From the human T2T-CHM13v2.0 reference genome, Homo sapiens, in the NCBI RefSeq assembly GCF_009914755.1, contig NC_060938.1: DNA of 64,000 bases; one strand, 5' to 3'. Position 1 is the stretch's first letter. Each line of letters starts with the position of its first letter. The position numbers and the translations under genes are program-made. Positions 58,696 to 64,000 of the stretch are shown piece by piece. The notes under the pieces were generated by a model, which saw nothing but the letters and a program-made list of their open reading frames with translations, was not told where the DNA came from and did no database searches.

Positions 58696-59668
58696 CTGGC
58701 CGCCCAGCAGAGGAATAAAAAGCAAAGGGTTAAAAGGATTCTTACTACAACTTTTATTAGGTAAAGTAGTTACTTTCAAAATGTTTGAGGTTCATCTGCA
58801 CAGGGTATCTTTCATGTATATTAGCACTATCATTATGGCCCACTCTTATAGCTTCAAAACAGTGGCATGAAAGGAAGACCAAGAGACTCAGAGTGGTCCA
58901 GATGAGGGAGGGCTTTTTCCAAACGGAATCTCAAAGTAGGTTCAGAAAGAATGACGTAGATCTGTGTGTGCTAATCAGAAAAGATCTCTAGAACGCATCA
59001 CTAAAAAGCAAGGTAGACTATAGTATTGTCCTAAGAACCTATTTATATTAAAAACAGAAAGGATGTGTGTATGTTCTTGTGAATAGGCATAGAAAATTTC
59101 TGGGATAATATATAGGAAGCAATATGTGATGGTACCATGGTATGTAGGGCCTAGGCCAGTAAGAGTTGTGAAAATGTGGAACAAGATTCCAACTTCAAGA
59201 AGTAATGAAAGGATGGGCTCTTTTGCAGTGCATCCAAGGTTGGGAAACTGAGACCTGTGAATTCTAGGCCTTAAATTTTAATACCCAACTGCACTTTATA
59301 GAACAGTAAAACAATATGCTTTATCCCTGAGTAATTACATGGGAAGGAAATAAACTCCTAACCATTTCCTGAAGCCAGAGACAGTGGCCATCAAAACACA
59401 GGTTAAAAACAGCATTCACAGGCTTCATTTAAATCACACAGGATAAGCTTTATGCAGTAGGTCGAGTGGTGGTATCTGAACAGCCTGGGCAAGGAGGATG
59501 GGCACAGCTGGAAAACTGGACGTATCAGGTTTGCTGTTTTTCAAGGCAGGTGTCCTGTATTTAATTTCTGCTCACCCTCATGAGGAGCCTAGGATTTTAG
59601 TGGTTTCTCCCCTTTTACCCCCTCTCCCAGCCACCTCACCACTTATGGTGTTAGCAGGGAAGCCTGAC

Positions 59669-59870
59669 CTGCTGCTGCAGCGCTGCCAATGGCCTGTAGA
59701 GTTGAGCGGCCACTGCCAGTTCTCCGAATGGTGCTGCTACCCGCATCTGAGTTCTGGTTTTCAATCTTGTGCTCTACTTGGGCCAGTTCTTGGATCACTT
59801 CCTGGTAGCGCTCCATGAACATCAGTTCCCCTGAACTGGGTGAGGACTTCAGGTTGAACGTGAACAGCAC
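59669..59870 (-). CDS. ZFYVE26: Spastizin exon 15
   Basis: VLFTFNLKSSPSSGELMF...IGSAAAA, 202 nt. Confidence 0.95.
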
Positions 59871-60875
59871 CTGTCATAGGAGAGGGAGTGTGTGGGCCCT
59901 GGTGGTCCCACTGATTTAGGGAATGTCCATGGATAGGAGATCTTGCCAACCATTAGACTGTGGCCCTAAGATGTCTTTGTGCTTTGTAGGGTCAGAAGAG
60001 CACTGAATGTTAGAAGAGCAGGTCAACTATAAAAAATAATTCATAAAAGTAAGAAAACCACCAAAGCCTCAGTAGAAAATAGGCAAAAGATGTGGACAAT
60101 TTCAGAGGAAATATATATGACTAATATATAAATGAGAAAATATTTTTTCCCTTGTCAGTAATCTAGGAATTTAAGTAACAATAACATTTTGCATCTATCA
60201 CAATAACAAAGCACAAAAATAAATCCTCAGGAGATGGTGTAACATTAAGTGTCACAACTTTTTTGAAAAGCAATTTGGCAATCCATAAAGCTTTAAAAAT
60301 GTTTACATCTTTTGACTCAGTAGTTTTTATGAGGAACTTTCTTAAAAAAATAATTCAAAAGGCTTAATGCCTAAACGTAATCACCTTGGCACTATATATT
60401 ACAACTATTACAAGGTTAAAAATAATCTAAATCTTGAGCAACAGGAAAATGGTTAAATGCAGCTACTTGATCAGACTATTGTAAGGTCACTAAAATCAAG
60501 GTTAAAAGACAAATGCTAATATTAAAATGTAAAAATGCATGATATAAAGTTTTAGATTTGAAATAATCTCAGCTATATAAAAGTCATACATATTTTGGAG
60601 AAATATTGGCCAAAAAAGTAAATTTTTAATATTGGTTGTTCCATACTATAGGGTTAAAAGTAATTTTATTTTCTTGTTAATACTTTCTGATATTGTCGTA
60701 TATGTACAACTTATTCTGTCTGTATCCAGGTCAAAAAATAAAAGTTTTTATTGAAAAAAAAAAAAAAGACCACGGCTCAAGAAAAGGAGGAGAAGTGGAG
60801 GACATTTAGGGGTAAAATATCATGGGACTCCTAGCTAAATTCCTCTGGATTTGAGTATTAGAAAGGCTGGGGAGG

Positions 60876-61201
<326 letters not shown>

Positions 61202-61727
61202 CTATCCTCCTCCAAGGATCATAATTATAATTATCATTAAAGTATAAGATCTAAAATGATCAGAGAAGGTTAAGTAAAAATTGTCCTGTTACCTAGAGTT
61301 CCCTAGATTTATTCCTCAAAAACTGAACTCACATGAAAGAACAATTCTGACCTACATGTTAAGTAGATAAACTACCAAATACTTTACTACCAGTAAAAGT
61401 ATCATTAATATGCCAAGAGGGTTTTAAAAATTAGAAGAGTACTATTTTATGTTATTAAGTTTAATAACTTGTTATTAAGTTTAATCAATAGTAGAGGATT
61501 TTTATATTTCTCACGGCTAGAACATAATCCTCTTAACATTCCTATGAGGTAGAAAAACCAGGTATTACATTTAACTCCAATTTTCAAATGAGGAAACCAA
61601 AGCTCAGAGAGGTTCAGTCTTTCTGATTACCATTCCAGTGCTATTTTCTCTCTACAATACAAATATTCTAGTCTGCTAGCTCTCCATACTTCTTGTATAT
61701 TGAACTGGCATTCTATTTATAATTGAG

Positions 61728-62488
<761 letters not shown>

Positions 62489-62707
62489 TTAAAAACACTG
62501 CTTATGTTAAGAACCACAAACAATTCACTATCTTTCAATCCACCCTGCTGAAGACTGGGCCTGGGCACATGGAAACCCCCTCTTGCTTCTGCTTCTTCTG
62601 CTTGATGTGGACCCCTGAGTGCTCCCAGGTGGCTCTGGTTGTACATGCTCCGAGCCTTACCTGATGCTAAGTCATTCAGGGGCTGAAAAGGTATGGCCTC
62701 CCCTCAC

Positions 62708-62859
62708 CTGATGGGCTTCTGCGAAGTTCCCGCGAAGGATGCAGGATGCCAGCAGTGACTCAGGTGGGGAGAACATCATGGGGATGAGTGAACTTTGAGG
62801 ATGGGGGTGCAATCTACTGTGCAGCTCATTCCGGCCAGACATGGCACTCAGACTTCCCT
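62708..62859 (-). CDS. ZFYVE26: Spastizin exon 14
   Basis: (E)GSLSAMSGRNELHSRL...RGNFAEAHQ, 152 nt. Confidence 0.94.
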
Positions 62860-63270
62860 CTGTTGGGACACAAGAATGTGTGGGGCCAGAGAAGCAAGAG
62901 GAATTAAGGAAATGCTATATTGCTGCCACCTCCCACCAAACTTTTATCTCCTCAATGTCCTTCTGTAAAAGGCCTGTAAATAGGTCTTAATTTTTCCTCA
63001 AATGAAGGGCAAACCTATGCTACCATCTTTGAATAGAAGATGCTAAGTGCCAACTACCTTCTTTGGGTATTTACCTCTATTTCTCTCTGTTGCTGGATAA
63101 CTAAATTGAGAATGAAACAGTCCTTTCCCTTCTCCCAGCTAAAATCTGGCCATCTGCCAACCTTGAATAACAACCTTGACTGCTCAATCCTGGCTTTACA
63201 CCATGGTGTATGGCAACTCTATATCAGGGCAAAGCTGCTCAAAGTTGGCAACTGGTGGAAATCTGCATAC

Positions 63271-63339
63271 CTGACGTACTTGTGCTCAGCTCACTACTTG
63301 TACTTTCCAGGGATGGGTTTGAACCTCTGTCTCGGCCAT
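63271..63339 (-). CDS. ZFYVE26: Spastizin exon 13
   Basis: (D)GRDRGSNPSLESTSSELSTSTS, 69 nt, TAG/GTATG. Confidence 0.92.
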
Positions 63340-63762
63340 CTACAGGTATTGGGAAGAAGAGAGAAAGTCAATTATCAGCTCCTTATAGAGTAGGAAGTGT
63401 GAAGTTGGCTTGACAGCCAAGATCTGTGTAGTTAGAGACAGAGGATAATGAATAACTATGACACCTGCTGCTCCTTCTACAGCAAAACACAAGCTCCTAT
63501 AGACCAAAGGCAAAGGGTGGGCTGAATATGGCAACAGAGTTCACCTGGGTAATAGCCTATACCAGTGGTTCCCAACCTGTGGGTCTCAGAGCCCCAAGAA
63601 CTTTCAAGTTATTTTTAGGGGTCAGTGATCAGCACCTGCTCAGTAAGCACTGGCAGTATTCTGAAAAAATAAAAGCACAACTGTTATGACCAGGGAGTGG
63701 TAGGGACACAGTATTTCCTGACATAGAAAAAGGTATCTTCATACTTGAAAAGGCAGACAACT

Positions 63763-64000
63763 GGCTGGGTGCAGTGGCTTACACCTGTAATCCCAGCACG
63801 TTGGGAGGCCGTTGTAGCAGGATAGCTTGAGGCCAGGAGTTTGAGACCAGCCTGGGCAACACTGCAAGACCCCGTCTACACAAAAAATTAAAAACAAATT
63901 AGTTGGGCAAGGTGGCATGCACCTGTAGTCCCAGCTACCCAGGAGGTTGCGGCAGGAAGGATTGTTTGAGCCCAGGAGTTCAAGGTTACAGTGAGCTATG
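63763..64000 (+). mobile_element. AluJ (runs off the window end)
   Basis: Alu 5' end at 63763. Confidence 0.9.

Overview
Human (primate) genomic DNA that I recognise as the RDH12-ZFYVE26 locus (chr14q24.1). The + strand carries the last intron, terminal coding exon (2864-2966) and poly(A) signal of RDH12. The - strand carries 30 consecutive coding exons (13-42, counted back from terminal exon 42) of ZFYVE26/spastizin (SPG15), including the FYVE domain and a ~1.9 kb 3' UTR. All exons have GT-AG boundaries with compatible phases. The two genes converge across a ~12 kb repeat-rich spacer. Main unexpected features: (1) an isolated, exon-precise 135-bp copy of the gephyrin (GPHN) linker exon, keeping the S268/S270 phospho-switch, ~750 bp past the RDH12 poly(A) signal; (2) a perfect 45-bp-period duplication of the ZFYVE26 exon 25 end that creates a second identical in-frame splice donor; (3) a U3 snoRNA-L1 chimeric retrocopy; (4) a full-length 7SL retrocopy with a fold-back insertion; (5) several latent alternative splice sites. 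Gene and repeat-subfamily names come from recognition and memory, not a database search. Repeat boundaries are approximate.
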